Below, piece after piece: positions 1 to 9,766 of a stretch of 62,109 bases of DNA. The translations under genes and the position numbers were made by a program. The notes beneath the pieces were generated by a model, which was given only the letters and a program-made list of their open reading frames with translations, was not told where the DNA came from and searched no databases. This DNA comes from Planctomycetota bacterium (GTDB lineage: Bacteria; Planctomycetota; Planctomycetia; Pirellulales; Lacipirellulaceae): assembly GCA_003576855.1 (NCBI GenBank), contig QEVI01000001.1:1-62109 (forward strand), in the 5' to 3' direction. Numbering within the stretch: the first letter of the stretch is position 1; the number at the start of each line of letters is the position of its first letter.

Positions 1-1
1 G

Positions 2-766
2 TTCTACAGCGGCTTCCTGGAACTGCGAGTGCAAGCCGCCTGGCACGACGCCCGGCAGGCGGCGGCCGACCGCGGACTGGCCATCCCCATGCTCTGCTGC
101 TCGCCCGACTTCACCCATCCCGACGAGGAGTTCCGCCGCCGGCAGATCCAAAAGCAGAAAGAGTGGATCGACATGTGCGCCGCGCTGGGCGGCTCGTACT
201 GCCGCGTGCTCAGCGGGCAGCGGCGGCCGGAACTGAGCCGCGACGAGGGCATTCGCCTGGCCGCCGAATGCATTAGCGCCTGCCTCCCCGCCGCCGAGGC
301 CTGCGGCGTGACGCTGATCCTGGAGAACCACTACAAGGACAACTACTGGCAGTTCCCGGAATTCGTTCAGCAGATGGACGACTTCTGCGAGCTGGTGAGC
401 CGGATCAACTCACGTAGTTTCGGCGTGAACTACGACCCGAGCAACGCGCTATTGGCCGGGGACGATCCGATCGAACTGCTGCGACGGGTAAAGACGCGCG
501 TCGTGACGATGCACGCCAGCGATCGCTACCTCGCCGAGGGGACGCTCGAGGACTTGCGCCGCGAAGAGAATGCCGTCGGCTACGCCCAGCGGCTGCGGCA
601 CGGCACGATCGGCCGCGGGATGATCGACTACGACGCGGTGTTCCGCGAACTGGCCGGCGTCGGGTTCGACGGCTGGATCAGCATCGAAGACGGCGTGGAG
701 GGGATGGAGCAACTCCACGAGAGCGTCGCGTTTCTTCGCCGCAAGATGGCCGAATTCTGGCCGTAG
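2..766 (+). CDS. Sugar phosphate isomerase/epimerase (xylose-isomerase-like TIM barrel), 5'-truncated by the window edge
   Basis: Frame open from position 2 (FYSGFLEL...); motifs LENH, VNYDPSN, MHASD, ISIE typical of the AP-endonuclease-2/IolE-like fold. Confidence 0.85.
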   Translation, partial: FYSGFLELRVQAAWHDARQAAADRGLAIPMLCCSPDFTHPDEEFRRRQIQKQKEWIDMCAALGGSYCRVLSGQRRPELSRDEGIRLAAECISACLPAAEACGVTLILENHYKDNYWQFPEFVQQMDDFCELVSRINSRSFGVNYDPSNALLAGDDPIELLRRVKTRVVTMHASDRYLAEGTLEDLRREENAVGYAQRLRHGTIGRGMIDYDAVFRELAGVGFDGWISIEDGVEGMEQLHESVAFLRRKMAEFWP

Positions 767-805
767 CGAGCCGACGGCGAATTGCGGCGGGGACGCTGTT
801 TTCTC

Positions 806-828
806 GCCCCCGGTCGCCGACCCGGGGC
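806..828. terminator. GC-rich hairpin between convergent genes (possible bidirectional terminator or REP-like element)
   Basis: GCCCCCGGTC-GCC-GACCCGGGGC stem with one mismatch, between stops at 766 and 850. Confidence 0.45.
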
Positions 829-849
829 TATATAGCGGTTGCTGAGGCG

Positions 850-3603
850 TCACTCCAACTGCTTGCGCTCCAGCTCCTCTTCCTCTTCCTCTTCTTCCTC
901 CTCCTCGGCGTGGGCGCTGATCGCCCATTCGGGATACGGCTCAGCGCTGCCGCGGACGCTGCGCCACAGGATGCGATTGAGGACGTCCTCCGGCGCCCGG
1001 TCGATCTCGCGGAAGTTGAGCGTCGCCGATACCAGCGCGTCCTGGCGGAGCGTCGCGTCGCCGATTTCGTCCGCCGAGGGGTTCATCTCATCCAGTGCAA
1101 TCGTGGCCGGCGCGACGGCGTACGGCGTGAAGTCCGGCGCGTCGGTAAAGCAATCGAACATCGGCGTCGCGCTGGCGTCGAACTGGTTCATCGGCGCCAT
1201 GCCGAGGATTTGCTCGATGGTGCGTAGAATGCTCGTCGTGTTGTACTGCGTGCTCACCACGGCGCCCCGCTTGGCGTACGGGCTGGCCACAAAGGCGATG
1301 GTGCGGTAGCCGCTCACGTGGTCCCAGCCGGCCTGGGGGTCGTCCTCGATGGCGAAGATGGCCATTTCCTTCCAAAACTTTGAATGGCTCAGGCCCTCGA
1401 CGATGCGGCCGAACGCCAGGTCGTTGTCGGCGACGCAGGATCGTGGCGTGGGGGAACCCGGCGACGTGCCGCTGGTGTGGTCGTTCGGCAGGCAGATGAT
1501 CACCAGGTTGGGGAATTCGCCCTTCTTCTCGAACTCGGCGAGCTCGTTGAGGATGAAGTCGGCCCGGTACTGGTCGGGCACTTCCATCGCCCAGCCGACG
1601 TATCCTGTCGGCGAGAAGGGGCGGAGCGTTTCGACGGACGGCTCGCACCCGAACACCACTTCGCCGGTGTTGTCCTTCCACTGCTTGTAGCAGGCCGTGA
1701 AATCGGGCGAGCCCTTGCGGTTCGGATCGGCCCAGCGCACGGCCGGCATCATGAACTCGCCGTAGTTGCGGATCGATTTCTTGTGTTTTAAAGCGTTATC
1801 CCAGATGAACCCGGCCGGCGAGTAGGCCAGCGCGTCGTTTTCGTCGATGCCCATCCCGTCGGGGTAGCTGCGGGGGAAGCCGGCGAAGCTTTTCTCCATG
1901 TAATCGGTGCTGAAGGCGGTGGTGCTCCACTGGTGGCCGTCGGCGCTGAGAATGCCGGCGCAGTACGTGTTGTCCAGCAGCACGAACTGCTCGGCGATCC
2001 GGTGCTGATTCGGCGTCGACTGGCGGCCGAAGATGCACAGCGTCGGGTCGCCGTTGCCTCGCTCCAAGGCGCCGAAAACCTGGTCGTAGGTGCGGTTTTC
2101 CTTGATGATGTACACCACGTGCTTGATGAGGCTCGGCTCGCCGATGCGCTGCGGCACGGGGCGCGGCGGCTGGTCTTTTCGCGGCGGCCGCATGGCCGCG
2201 GCGATGCGCGGCGCGCGCATGTTCGCCGCCACGATTTCCGACAGCCTCGGAAGCTCCTCGTCCGAAGGAAGCGGAGCGACCGTCAGCGATCCCGAATAGT
2301 GATGCGAATTGAAGCCGCGGCCCTCTCCGTCGCGTTGCCTTTTGGGGACTTTCGGCAGTCCCTTGACGTTGGCGACGATGATCGACTTGCGATGGGCGTC
2401 GACGACCAGCGCGGCGGGATACCAACCGACCGGGAACATGCCCCGCAGCCGCGACTCGCCTTTGTCCTGGGGATCGAAGTCGAACACGGCGACGGCGTTC
2501 TGCGAGCCGTTCGCCGCGTAGAGCGTCTTGCCGGAGGGGTCGAACGCTACGGCGTTGGGCGCGGCGCCGAGCAAGTCCGAGGGCTTGGGCTTGGCCCACA
2601 CGGTCTCCACGACTTTGTCGGCCGCGACGTCGATGATGCTCAAATGATCGCTGCCGGCGTTGGCGCAGACGACGTACCGCTTGTCGGGCGAGACGGCCAG
2701 GCCGCAGGCGTGCAGGCCGGTTACGATCTCGTCGAGCAGCTTGCCGGCCGCGAGGTCGATGACGCTGACGGACCCTTCGCTGGCGATGTGGCGCACGGGA
2801 TCGACGCGGACTTCCGTGCCGCGGCCCGCCGGTCCGGTGAGATCGCCGGACTGGGGCCGCCGCCCGCCCCAGTTGCTGACGTAAGCCTTTTCGCCCACGA
2901 GCACGACGTCGTAGGGCGCCACGCCGACGGCAAAGGCGCGAAGCACCTTGCCGGTGGCGACGTCCAGCTCCAACAACTGGTTGGAGAGGTTGCCGCAGAC
3001 GTACAGTCGCCCGCCGTCGCTCGACAGCGCCAGGCCGCTGGGTATTTCGGCGTCCCGCCGCGGCGCGTTGGCCGGCGGCAGCGGCCAGGAGTGGGACGGC
3101 TTCACCGAGCCGTCGGCCGCCACGGCGAAGACCTTGATCGAGCCTTCGACGTTGCTCATGAAGATCCGCCGCCCGTCGTGCGAGTAGATGAGACCGGTGA
3201 AGCTCACCTGGCCTTCGTCATCGGGGTGCAGGATGTTCGGCGAAGCGACGTCGGCTTCGGGCAACTGCTGCTTCTCGTTGGGCAGCGCCACGCGCTGGGC
3301 GATCTCGGCGGCGGCGGCGTCGATGATCACCAGTTCGCTCGTCTTGCCGGCTGCCGCCAGCCGCGAGCCATCGGGCGATAGCGCCAGGGCCTGGGGCCGC
3401 ATTCCAGGCAAGTCGAGCTGCCGGCCCACGGGCGTGAGGATCTGGTTGACCGGCGTGACGGCTCGGCCGTCGCCCGTGTGGCCCACGCGCTCCTGGTCGC
3501 CCAGCGCGCCGGGGGGCTCCTGTGCAATCGCTTTCGAGTTCGCCCCGGCCAGGAGAAGTCCCGCAGCGGCGACGATAGGAAATAAGCTTATCGGGTGTTT
3601 CAT
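850..3603 (-). CDS. Secreted YncE/YVTN beta-propeller fused to a phosphoesterase (alkaline phosphatase/phospholipase C superfamily) domain
   Basis: Signal peptide MKHPISLFPIVAAAGLLLAGA; repeated propeller blades (LALSPDG, VGVAPY, YVSNWG); phosphoesterase motifs IIKENRTYDQ, NDHT, EDDPQAGWDHV; start could be 3603, 3609 or 3615. Confidence 0.85.
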   Translation of the reverse strand: MKHPISLFPIVAAAGLLLAGANSKAIAQEPPGALGDQERVGHTGDGRAVTPVNQILTPVGRQLDLPGMRPQALALSPDGSRLAAAGKTSELVIIDAAAAEIAQRVALPNEKQQLPEADVASPNILHPDDEGQVSFTGLIYSHDGRRIFMSNVEGSIKVFAVAADGSVKPSHSWPLPPANAPRRDAEIPSGLALSSDGGRLYVCGNLSNQLLELDVATGKVLRAFAVGVAPYDVVLVGEKAYVSNWGGRRPQSGDLTGPAGRGTEVRVDPVRHIASEGSVSVIDLAAGKLLDEIVTGLHACGLAVSPDKRYVVCANAGSDHLSIIDVAADKVVETVWAKPKPSDLLGAAPNAVAFDPSGKTLYAANGSQNAVAVFDFDPQDKGESRLRGMFPVGWYPAALVVDAHRKSIIVANVKGLPKVPKRQRDGEGRGFNSHHYSGSLTVAPLPSDEELPRLSEIVAANMRAPRIAAAMRPPRKDQPPRPVPQRIGEPSLIKHVVYIIKENRTYDQVFGALERGNGDPTLCIFGRQSTPNQHRIAEQFVLLDNTYCAGILSADGHQWSTTAFSTDYMEKSFAGFPRSYPDGMGIDENDALAYSPAGFIWDNALKHKKSIRNYGEFMMPAVRWADPNRKGSPDFTACYKQWKDNTGEVVFGCEPSVETLRPFSPTGYVGWAMEVPDQYRADFILNELAEFEKKGEFPNLVIICLPNDHTSGTSPGSPTPRSCVADNDLAFGRIVEGLSHSKFWKEMAIFAIEDDPQAGWDHVSGYRTIAFVASPYAKRGAVVSTQYNTTSILRTIEQILGMAPMNQFDASATPMFDCFTDAPDFTPYAVAPATIALDEMNPSADEIGDATLRQDALVSATLNFREIDRAPEDVLNRILWRSVRGSAEPYPEWAISAHAEEEEEEEEEEELERKQLE

Positions 3604-3766
3604 GTGCATCAGCATAAGCGGAAATCTCCGCGGAGCAACCTCGGCAGACGGCGACCGGCCGTTTGCCGCCCGGCGCCGCCGCTGCCGTCTTTCGCCCGCC
3701 TGCACAACTCGCCACAATAACGGAGCGGCGTGATACAGCCTTATCTTTCCCGCAAGGACGAATGCC

Positions 3767-4960
3767 ATGCGACGCATCAGCCTGCTCGGCACGGGCCTTA
3801 TCGGCATGTTCTACACGATGGCCTTGCACCGGCATCGCGGTCAGGATCGGGTGCACATGGTTTACTCGCGGTCTCGGGAACGAGCTAGCAACTTCGCCGT
3901 GCAGTGGGGCATCCCGCGGCACACGACGAATTTGGAGGAGGCTATCCGCAATGACGAGTCGGACGTCATCATCGTTGCGTTGCCGAACCATTTGCATGAA
4001 GAAGCGGTCATCGCCGCTGCGGAAGCCCGCAAGGCGGTGCTCTGCACCAAGCCGCTGGGCCGCAACGCCGCTGAGGCCCGGCGGATGCTCGAGGCGGTCG
4101 AGAAGGCGGGCGTCTTTCACGGCTATCTGGAGGACCTGTGCTATACGCCCAAAACCCTCAATGCCTTGGAAGCGACCCGCCGCGGCTCGATCGGCAAAGT
4201 GCTGTGGGTCCGCTCGCGCGAAACGCACTCCGGACCGCACAGCGACTGGTTCTGGAATAAGGACCTTTCCGGCGGCGGCGCGGTGATCGACCTGGGGTGC
4301 CACTGCATCGAGATCGCCCGCAGCTTCATCGGCAAGGACGTGCGGCCGCTGGAAGTCGTCTGCTGGGGCGATACGCAAGTCCACCCGATCGAGGCCGAGG
4401 ACCACGCCATCGGGCTGGTCCGTTACGAGAACGGCGCCATCGGTCAATTTGAAGTGAGCTGGAACTTCCGCGGCGGCATGGACCTGCGGGATGAGGTCGC
4501 CGGCACTGAGGGAACCGTCTGGCTCAACCACTGGCTCCGCACGGGCATCGAGATGTACACGGCCGTCAACAAAGGGGGGTACGTTTCGGAGAAGGCCGAG
4601 TCCAATACCGGTTGGCTTTTCCCGGTGGGGGACGAGCCGGGCGCCCTGGGGTACGTCGACATGTTCACCGACATGCTCAACGCGCTGGACGACGGCCGCA
4701 GCCCCCGTGAGACGTTTTACGACGGCTACGTGGTGAACGCCATCATCGACGCCGCATACGCTGCGATGGCCAGCAAGCAATGGCAATCCGTGGAGCTGCC
4801 GATCTGGCGGGGCAGCGGCGCCGCGGCCGACGGAGCGAACCTGCGCGACTTCGACGCCGAGCACGTGTTGCTGAAGGAAGAGCAGATGATGGACGGCTCG
4901 ACGAAGTACATCTTGCGGAACAAGCGCACCGGCCAGATCGTGCAGCGGACACAGCCGTAG
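3767..4960 (+). CDS. Gfo/Idh/MocA family oxidoreductase
   Basis: N-terminal GTGLIG Rossmann motif, [21 protein letters not shown]. Confidence 0.9.
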   Translation: MRRISLLGTGLIGMFYTMALHRHRGQDRVHMVYSRSRERASNFAVQWGIPRHTTNLEEAIRNDESDVIIVALPNHLHEEAVIAAAEARKAVLCTKPLGRNAAEARRMLEAVEKAGVFHGYLEDLCYTPKTLNALEATRRGSIGKVLWVRSRETHSGPHSDWFWNKDLSGGGAVIDLGCHCIEIARSFIGKDVRPLEVVCWGDTQVHPIEAEDHAIGLVRYENGAIGQFEVSWNFRGGMDLRDEVAGTEGTVWLNHWLRTGIEMYTAVNKGGYVSEKAESNTGWLFPVGDEPGALGYVDMFTDMLNALDDGRSPRETFYDGYVVNAIIDAAYAAMASKQWQSVELPIWRGSGAAADGANLRDFDAEHVLLKEEQMMDGSTKYILRNKRTGQIVQRTQP

Positions 4961-4995
4961 GCATGTTTCGTTAAGCGCATGGCGTGTACCCACAT

Positions 4996-5023
4996 CAGCC
5001 CCGACCTAGCTAGGTCGGGGCTG
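4996..5023. repeat. Perfect 28-bp palindrome centred on CTAGCTAG (REP-like, copy 1)
   Basis: CAGCCCCGACCTAG|CTAGGTCGGGGCTG between convergent genes; related copy at 17053-17093. Confidence 0.8.
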
Positions 5024-5028
5024 GCGCA

Positions 5029-5838
5029 TTACTTCGATGCTAGGCCGTCGAGCGACTTTGCTTCGCACGAGGCCGCTGGCGGCGCCAGGGACCGCTCGTC
5101 CTTCAGCGCTACGCCGCTGATGTTGCGACGGCGCGCCTCGGTGAGCAGGTACCGTAGCGTATTGGCGGCCGCGGCCCAAGGAAGCCCTTCGGGCCGAATG
5201 TTCGACACGCAGTTGCGATGGGCGTCGGTGTTGCCGATCTTCGGGCGATGGACCAGGTACGCGCCCATGCTATCGGGCGAACCGAGGCCGGGCCGTTCGC
5301 CGATCAGCATCAGAGCCAGTTGAGCCCGCAGCAGTTCGCCGATTTCGTCTTGTAAGGCCACGCGACCGTAGCGGGCGACGATCACCGGAGCTAGCCGCCA
5401 ACCGTCGCTAACCAGTGCCGGCACGAGCCCCGCGAGAATGCCGTTCGCCTGTCGGTGTACGGCGAGAGCGGACAACCCGTCGCTGACGATGATCGCCAAG
5501 TCCGGTTGCTGGCCGCCGCCGGCGTATTGCTGCAAGCGGCTGCGGGACGCCGCGTCCAACCGCCGGCCTGAATCGGGCCGCTGGAGATACGCCGATCGAT
5601 CGGCGGCCGCACTGGCGACGACGAGCGTCTCGACGCCGATCGTCGCAATTTCTGCGGCGAGTGCGTCGGCGTCGAAGCGGTTGTGGACGGCGTCGCGGGC
5701 GGCCGCATGGGCTGCCTTGAACGCCAGCCACTCGCGGGTCGGCAAGCTGCCGCCGCTGCGCCCCAAGGCAATGCGAGCCTGCGTAACGCTCCGCAGTGCA
5801 TGCCAGGGGTCGATCGTAACCGGTGATTCGCTCGCCAT
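5029..5838 (-). CDS. eutC: Ethanolamine ammonia-lyase small subunit
   Basis: TQARIALGRSG, YLQRPDSGRRL, SDGLS, LIGERPGL, RNCVSNI; lies directly after eutB; start reassigned to ATG 5838. Confidence 0.95.
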   Translation of the reverse strand: MASESPVTIDPWHALRSVTQARIALGRSGGSLPTREWLAFKAAHAAARDAVHNRFDADALAAEIATIGVETLVVASAAADRSAYLQRPDSGRRLDAASRSRLQQYAGGGQQPDLAIIVSDGLSALAVHRQANGILAGLVPALVSDGWRLAPVIVARYGRVALQDEIGELLRAQLALMLIGERPGLGSPDSMGAYLVHRPKIGNTDAHRNCVSNIRPEGLPWAAAANTLRYLLTEARRRNISGVALKDERSLAPPAASCEAKSLDGLASK

Positions 5839-5873
5839 AAGCGCCGCCTCAACGCAAAAAAACCAACGTAAAC

Positions 5874-5934
5874 GCCCGCGCGCGGGCCGAGGCCCGCGGC
5901 TAAATTTCGTTGGTCGAGGCCCGCGGCTGAATTC
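5874..5934. repeat. Degenerate REP-like 'GCCCGCnnGCGGGCC...GCGGCTAAAT' element with a direct repeat
   Basis: CGAGGCCCGCGGCT(A/G)AATT occurs twice at the eutB/eutC junction; resembles elements at 22457 and 46768. Confidence 0.55.
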
Positions 5935-7321
5935 CGCTTGCCGACGCCGCGTCTTGCAATAGTCGATGCCGCGGTTCAATCGCCAGCAGCCGGTTGCCAT
6001 CGCCGGTAATCCGCATCGTTTCCAGCCAGGCCTCGAACTCGGGCGCCGGCCGCAATCCCAGCACTTGGCGCAGGTACTGGCTGTCGTGGAACGACGTGGA
6101 CTGGTAGTTCAGCATGATGTCGTCAGCGCCTGGCACGCCCATGAAGTAGTTGCAGCCGGCCACGGCCAGCAGCGTCAGCAGGTTGTCCATGTCGTCCTGG
6201 TCAGCCTCGGCGTGATTGGTGTAACAGACGTCGCAGCCCATCGGCACGCCGAGCAGCTTGCCGCAGAAGTGGTCCTCGAGCCCCGCGCGGATGATCTGCT
6301 TGCCGTCGTACAGGTATTCCGGCCCGATGAACCCGACGACCGTATTCACCAGCAGCGGCTCGAAGCGGCGGGCAACGCCGTAGGCTCGGGCTTCCAGCGT
6401 CTGCTGATCGACGCCGTGATGCGCTTCGGCCGACAGGCAGGAGCCCTGGCCGGTCTCGAAATACATGACGTTATTGCCAACCGTGCCGCGCCGTAGCGCT
6501 AGCGCAGCGTCGCGGGCTTCGCCCAGGAGGCGGAGATTCACGCCGAAGCTGGCATTGGCTCTTTCCGTGCCGGCGATCGACTGAAACACGAGATCGACCG
6601 GGGCCCCTTGCTCGATCGCGGCCAGTTGCGTAGTGACATGGGCCAGCACGCACGACTGCGTGGGGACGCCGTACCTCTCAATCAACTCCGCCAACATGCC
6701 GAGCAGCCGGTGGACGGTTTCGATGGAATCCGTCGCCGGGTTGATGCCAATGACCGCGTCGCCGCAGCCGTAGAGTAGGCCGTCGAGGATCGAAGCGCCG
6801 ATGCCCGCGGGATCGTCGGTCGGGTGGTTGGGCTGGAGCCGAATGGCCAACCGGCCGGGCAGCCCGATCGTGTTGCGGAACCGGCTGACGACGCGGCGCT
6901 TGCTGGCCACGAGGATCAGGTCTTGGTTTCGCATGAGCTTGCTGACGGCCGCGACCATCTCGGGCGTCAGGCCTGGGGCAAGCGCGGCCAGCGCGTCGCC
7001 GTCGGTCTCATAGCGCAACAGCCAGTCGCGGAACTGGCCCACCGTCAGGTCGGCGATCGGGGCGAATGCCTGCCTGTCGTGGGAGTCGAGAATCAGCCGC
7101 GTAATTTCGTCCTCTTCGTAGGGGATCAGCGGTTGGTCCAGGAAGGCCGCCAGCGGTACGTCGGCCAAGACCAGTTGCGCGGCGACGCGCTGCTGGTCGT
7201 TTTCGGCGGCAATGCCGGCAAGCGCGTCGCCGCTCCGCGCCGGCGAGGCCTTCGCCAGCAACGTCTTGAGATCGCCGAAGGCGTGCGACCGATTTCGAAG
7301 CGTGATCGAGTAGCCCGGCAT
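5900..7321 (-). CDS. eutB: Ethanolamine ammonia-lyase large subunit (AdoCbl-dependent)
   Basis: RSGDALAG, RLQPNHPTDD, GDAVIGINP, MYFETGQGS, VNTVVGFIGPEYLYD, GLEDHFCGKL, CYTNH. Confidence 0.97.
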   Translation of the reverse strand: MPGYSITLRNRSHAFGDLKTLLAKASPARSGDALAGIAAENDQQRVAAQLVLADVPLAAFLDQPLIPYEEDEITRLILDSHDRQAFAPIADLTVGQFRDWLLRYETDGDALAALAPGLTPEMVAAVSKLMRNQDLILVASKRRVVSRFRNTIGLPGRLAIRLQPNHPTDDPAGIGASILDGLLYGCGDAVIGINPATDSIETVHRLLGMLAELIERYGVPTQSCVLAHVTTQLAAIEQGAPVDLVFQSIAGTERANASFGVNLRLLGEARDAALALRRGTVGNNVMYFETGQGSCLSAEAHHGVDQQTLEARAYGVARRFEPLLVNTVVGFIGPEYLYDGKQIIRAGLEDHFCGKLLGVPMGCDVCYTNHAEADQDDMDNLLTLLAVAGCNYFMGVPGADDIMLNYQSTSFHDSQYLRQVLGLRPAPEFEAWLETMRITGDGNRLLAIEPRHRLLQDAASASGIQPRASTNEI

Positions 7322-7537
7322 GCCAACGGTTCCTGTGGGCGAGCATTCTCAACGGCCGCACGTTTGCCGCCGATGATACTCGCTTCCGCTGGATTTGCCC
7401 ACTCAGGCGCGTTAATCGTCGGGCGTTGTGCGCACACGGTGCTTTTCGCGCAGCGCCCGGCGGAAAACTCTGTTCAACTGCTCGGCCGTTGCGTAGCCTG
7501 AAGAAAAGGGTTTCCATTCCTTGGCCGTCAGTGAACT

Positions 7538-9727
7538 ATGTCCCGATCGCTGAAGGTCGCCGTACGCGCCGTCGCGGTAATGCTCTCGGCGATGTTCGCC
7601 CGTTCGCCGGCTGCCGCCGACGAACTGGCGGAGCGAGCGGCCGCGATTCTCCAAGCGCGCTGCCTCGAGTGCCACGAGGGCGCTCAGGCCGAGGGCGGAC
7701 TGTCGCTCGCGACGCGCGAGGCGCTGCTGAAGGGCGGCGACAGCGGCCCCGCGGTCGTCCCCGGCGATGCCGAGGCGAGCCTGCTGGTCGAATACATCTC
7801 CGGAACCGACCCGCGCATGCCGCAGGAAGGCGAGCCGCTCGGGTCGACCGAGACGGAGGCGATCCGGAGCTGGGTCGCGGCCGGCGCGCCATGGCCCGAA
7901 GGCCGCGAGCTTTCCACGCGCCTTCAGTACGACTACCGCTGGTGGTCGCTTCGGCCGCTGACGTTGCCGGAGCCGCCCGCGGTCGAGTCGGCTTGGATTC
8001 GCACGCCGATTGACGCCTTCATACTGGCCCGGCTCAACGAGCGGGGCCTCGTCCCCTCGCCGGAGGCGGATCGCCGGACGCTGATTCGGCGGCTCTACTT
8101 CGACCTGGCGGGTTTGCCGCCGACGCCGGAGGAAGTGGCGGCGTTCGTTGCCGACGCCGACCCGCGCGCTTACGACGCGCTGGTCGATCGGTTGTTGGCG
8201 TCTCCTCACTACGGCGAGCGCTGGGGCCGGCACTGGCTCGACGTCGCCCACTACGGCGACACGCATGGTTACGACAAGGACAAGGTTCGCCCCAACTCCT
8301 GGCCGTACCGCGACTATGTGATCCGCGCGCTTAACGAAGACCGCCCCTACGCGCGCTTCGTCCAAGAACAAATCGCCGGCGACGTGTTCTATCCAGGCAC
8401 GGCTGACGGCGTCATCGCGACGGGGTTTCTCGTCGCCGGACCGTTCGACTACGTCGGTCAGATCGAAGTGGCCGAAGGGACGCTGCAGAAGGCGATCACG
8501 CGCAATCTCGATCGCGACGACGTCGTGGCGACGACGCTGGGCGCCTTCAACAGCATGACCGTCCATTGCGCCCGGTGCCACGACCATAAATTCGATCCGA
8601 TCACGCAGCAGGACTACTACGGCCTGCAGGCCGTGTTCGCGGGGATCGATCGCGCCGATCGACCGTATGGCGGCCGCCTGGGGCAGCCGAGCGGCGTGGT
8701 GTTCGCCGCGGCGAGCGACTTCACGCCGGAAGGCGCTTTTACGCCCACCAAAGGAAAACCGCGCGCGGTGCGCGTCCTCAAGCGAGGCAACGAAAAAGAC
8801 CCCGGCGACGAAGCGCTTCCCCGCGCATGCGGCTACTTGCCGCACCTGGCTGGCCGGTTCGACGACCTGCCGCCCGATGATGAAGCCGCTCGCCGCGCGG
8901 CGCTCGCCCATTGGATCGTCGACCGCCGCAATCCGCTCACATGGCGGTCGATCGTGAATCGCGTGTGGCAACACCACTTCGGCCGCGGCATTGTGGATAC
9001 GCCCAACGACTTCGGCCGCATGGGCGCCTTGCCGACGCATCCGGAACTGCTCGACTGGCTGGCATCGACGTTCCGCGACGGAGGACAATCGCTCAAGAAA
9101 CTGCACCGACTCATTTGCACCAGCGCCGTCTATCGGCAATCATCGGCCGGCGTCACGGCCAGCGAAGCGCTCGACGCCGATAATCGTCTTCTATGGAGAA
9201 TGAACCGCCGGCGGCTCGACGCGGAGTGCGTCCGCGACGCGGTTCTCGCCGTGGCCGGCAAGCTCGATCCGACGCCCGGCGGCCCGCCCTTTCGGACGTT
9301 CGGCTTTAAAGACGACCATTCGCCCCATTACAACTACGACCAGTACGATCCGGATGATCCGGCGACCCACCGCCGCAGCGTGTATCGCATGATCGTTCGC
9401 AGCGTGCCCGACCCATTCATGACGACGTTCGACTGCGCCGATTCCTCGGCGGTCGTCCCGAAGCGAAACGAGACGGTGACGCCGCTGCAAGCGCTTGCGC
9501 TGATGAACAATCCGTTTATGCTGCGCATGGCCGAGCACTTCGCGGCGCGCGTCGAGCCGGCTGGCCCGTCGAGCGCCCAGCGCCTTGCCGCCGCGTGGCG
9601 GCTGGCATGCGGCCGCGATCCCAGCGCCGAGGAACTGGCGCCGCTGGCGGCGTACGCCGACAAGCACGGGCTCCCGGCCGCTTGCCGCGTGATTTTCAAC
9701 CTCAACGAGTTCGTGTTTGTCGACTAA
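7538..9727 (+). CDS. PSD1/planctomycete cytochrome c domain protein (DUF1549 + DUF1553)
   Basis: Signal peptide; CLECH and CARCHDHKFDP heme motifs; YGERWGRHWLD; VNRVWQHHFGRG; PTHPELLDWLA; paired with DUF1501. Confidence 0.92.
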   Translation: MSRSLKVAVRAVAVMLSAMFARSPAAADELAERAAAILQARCLECHEGAQAEGGLSLATREALLKGGDSGPAVVPGDAEASLLVEYISGTDPRMPQEGEPLGSTETEAIRSWVAAGAPWPEGRELSTRLQYDYRWWSLRPLTLPEPPAVESAWIRTPIDAFILARLNERGLVPSPEADRRTLIRRLYFDLAGLPPTPEEVAAFVADADPRAYDALVDRLLASPHYGERWGRHWLDVAHYGDTHGYDKDKVRPNSWPYRDYVIRALNEDRPYARFVQEQIAGDVFYPGTADGVIATGFLVAGPFDYVGQIEVAEGTLQKAITRNLDRDDVVATTLGAFNSMTVHCARCHDHKFDPITQQDYYGLQAVFAGIDRADRPYGGRLGQPSGVVFAAASDFTPEGAFTPTKGKPRAVRVLKRGNEKDPGDEALPRACGYLPHLAGRFDDLPPDDEAARRAALAHWIVDRRNPLTWRSIVNRVWQHHFGRGIVDTPNDFGRMGALPTHPELLDWLASTFRDGGQSLKKLHRLICTSAVYRQSSAGVTASEALDADNRLLWRMNRRRLDAECVRDAVLAVAGKLDPTPGGPPFRTFGFKDDHSPHYNYDQYDPDDPATHRRSVYRMIVRSVPDPFMTTFDCADSSAVVPKRNETVTPLQALALMNNPFMLRMAEHFAARVEPAGPSSAQRLAAAWRLACGRDPSAEELAPLAAYADKHGLPAACRVIFNLNEFVFVD

Positions 9728-9766
9728 TTGCGGGCGAGCGCCTGGTGATGCTCGCATGGAATCGAC

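Noticed and set aside
839-1309. Poly-Ser ORF on the plus strand
   Set aside because: Antisense shadow of the poly-Glu tail of the phosphoesterase gene
7322-7537. Possible cobalamin riboswitch upstream of eutB
   Set aside because: No recognisable B12-box or conserved core by eye; the region is short and shared with a divergent promoter
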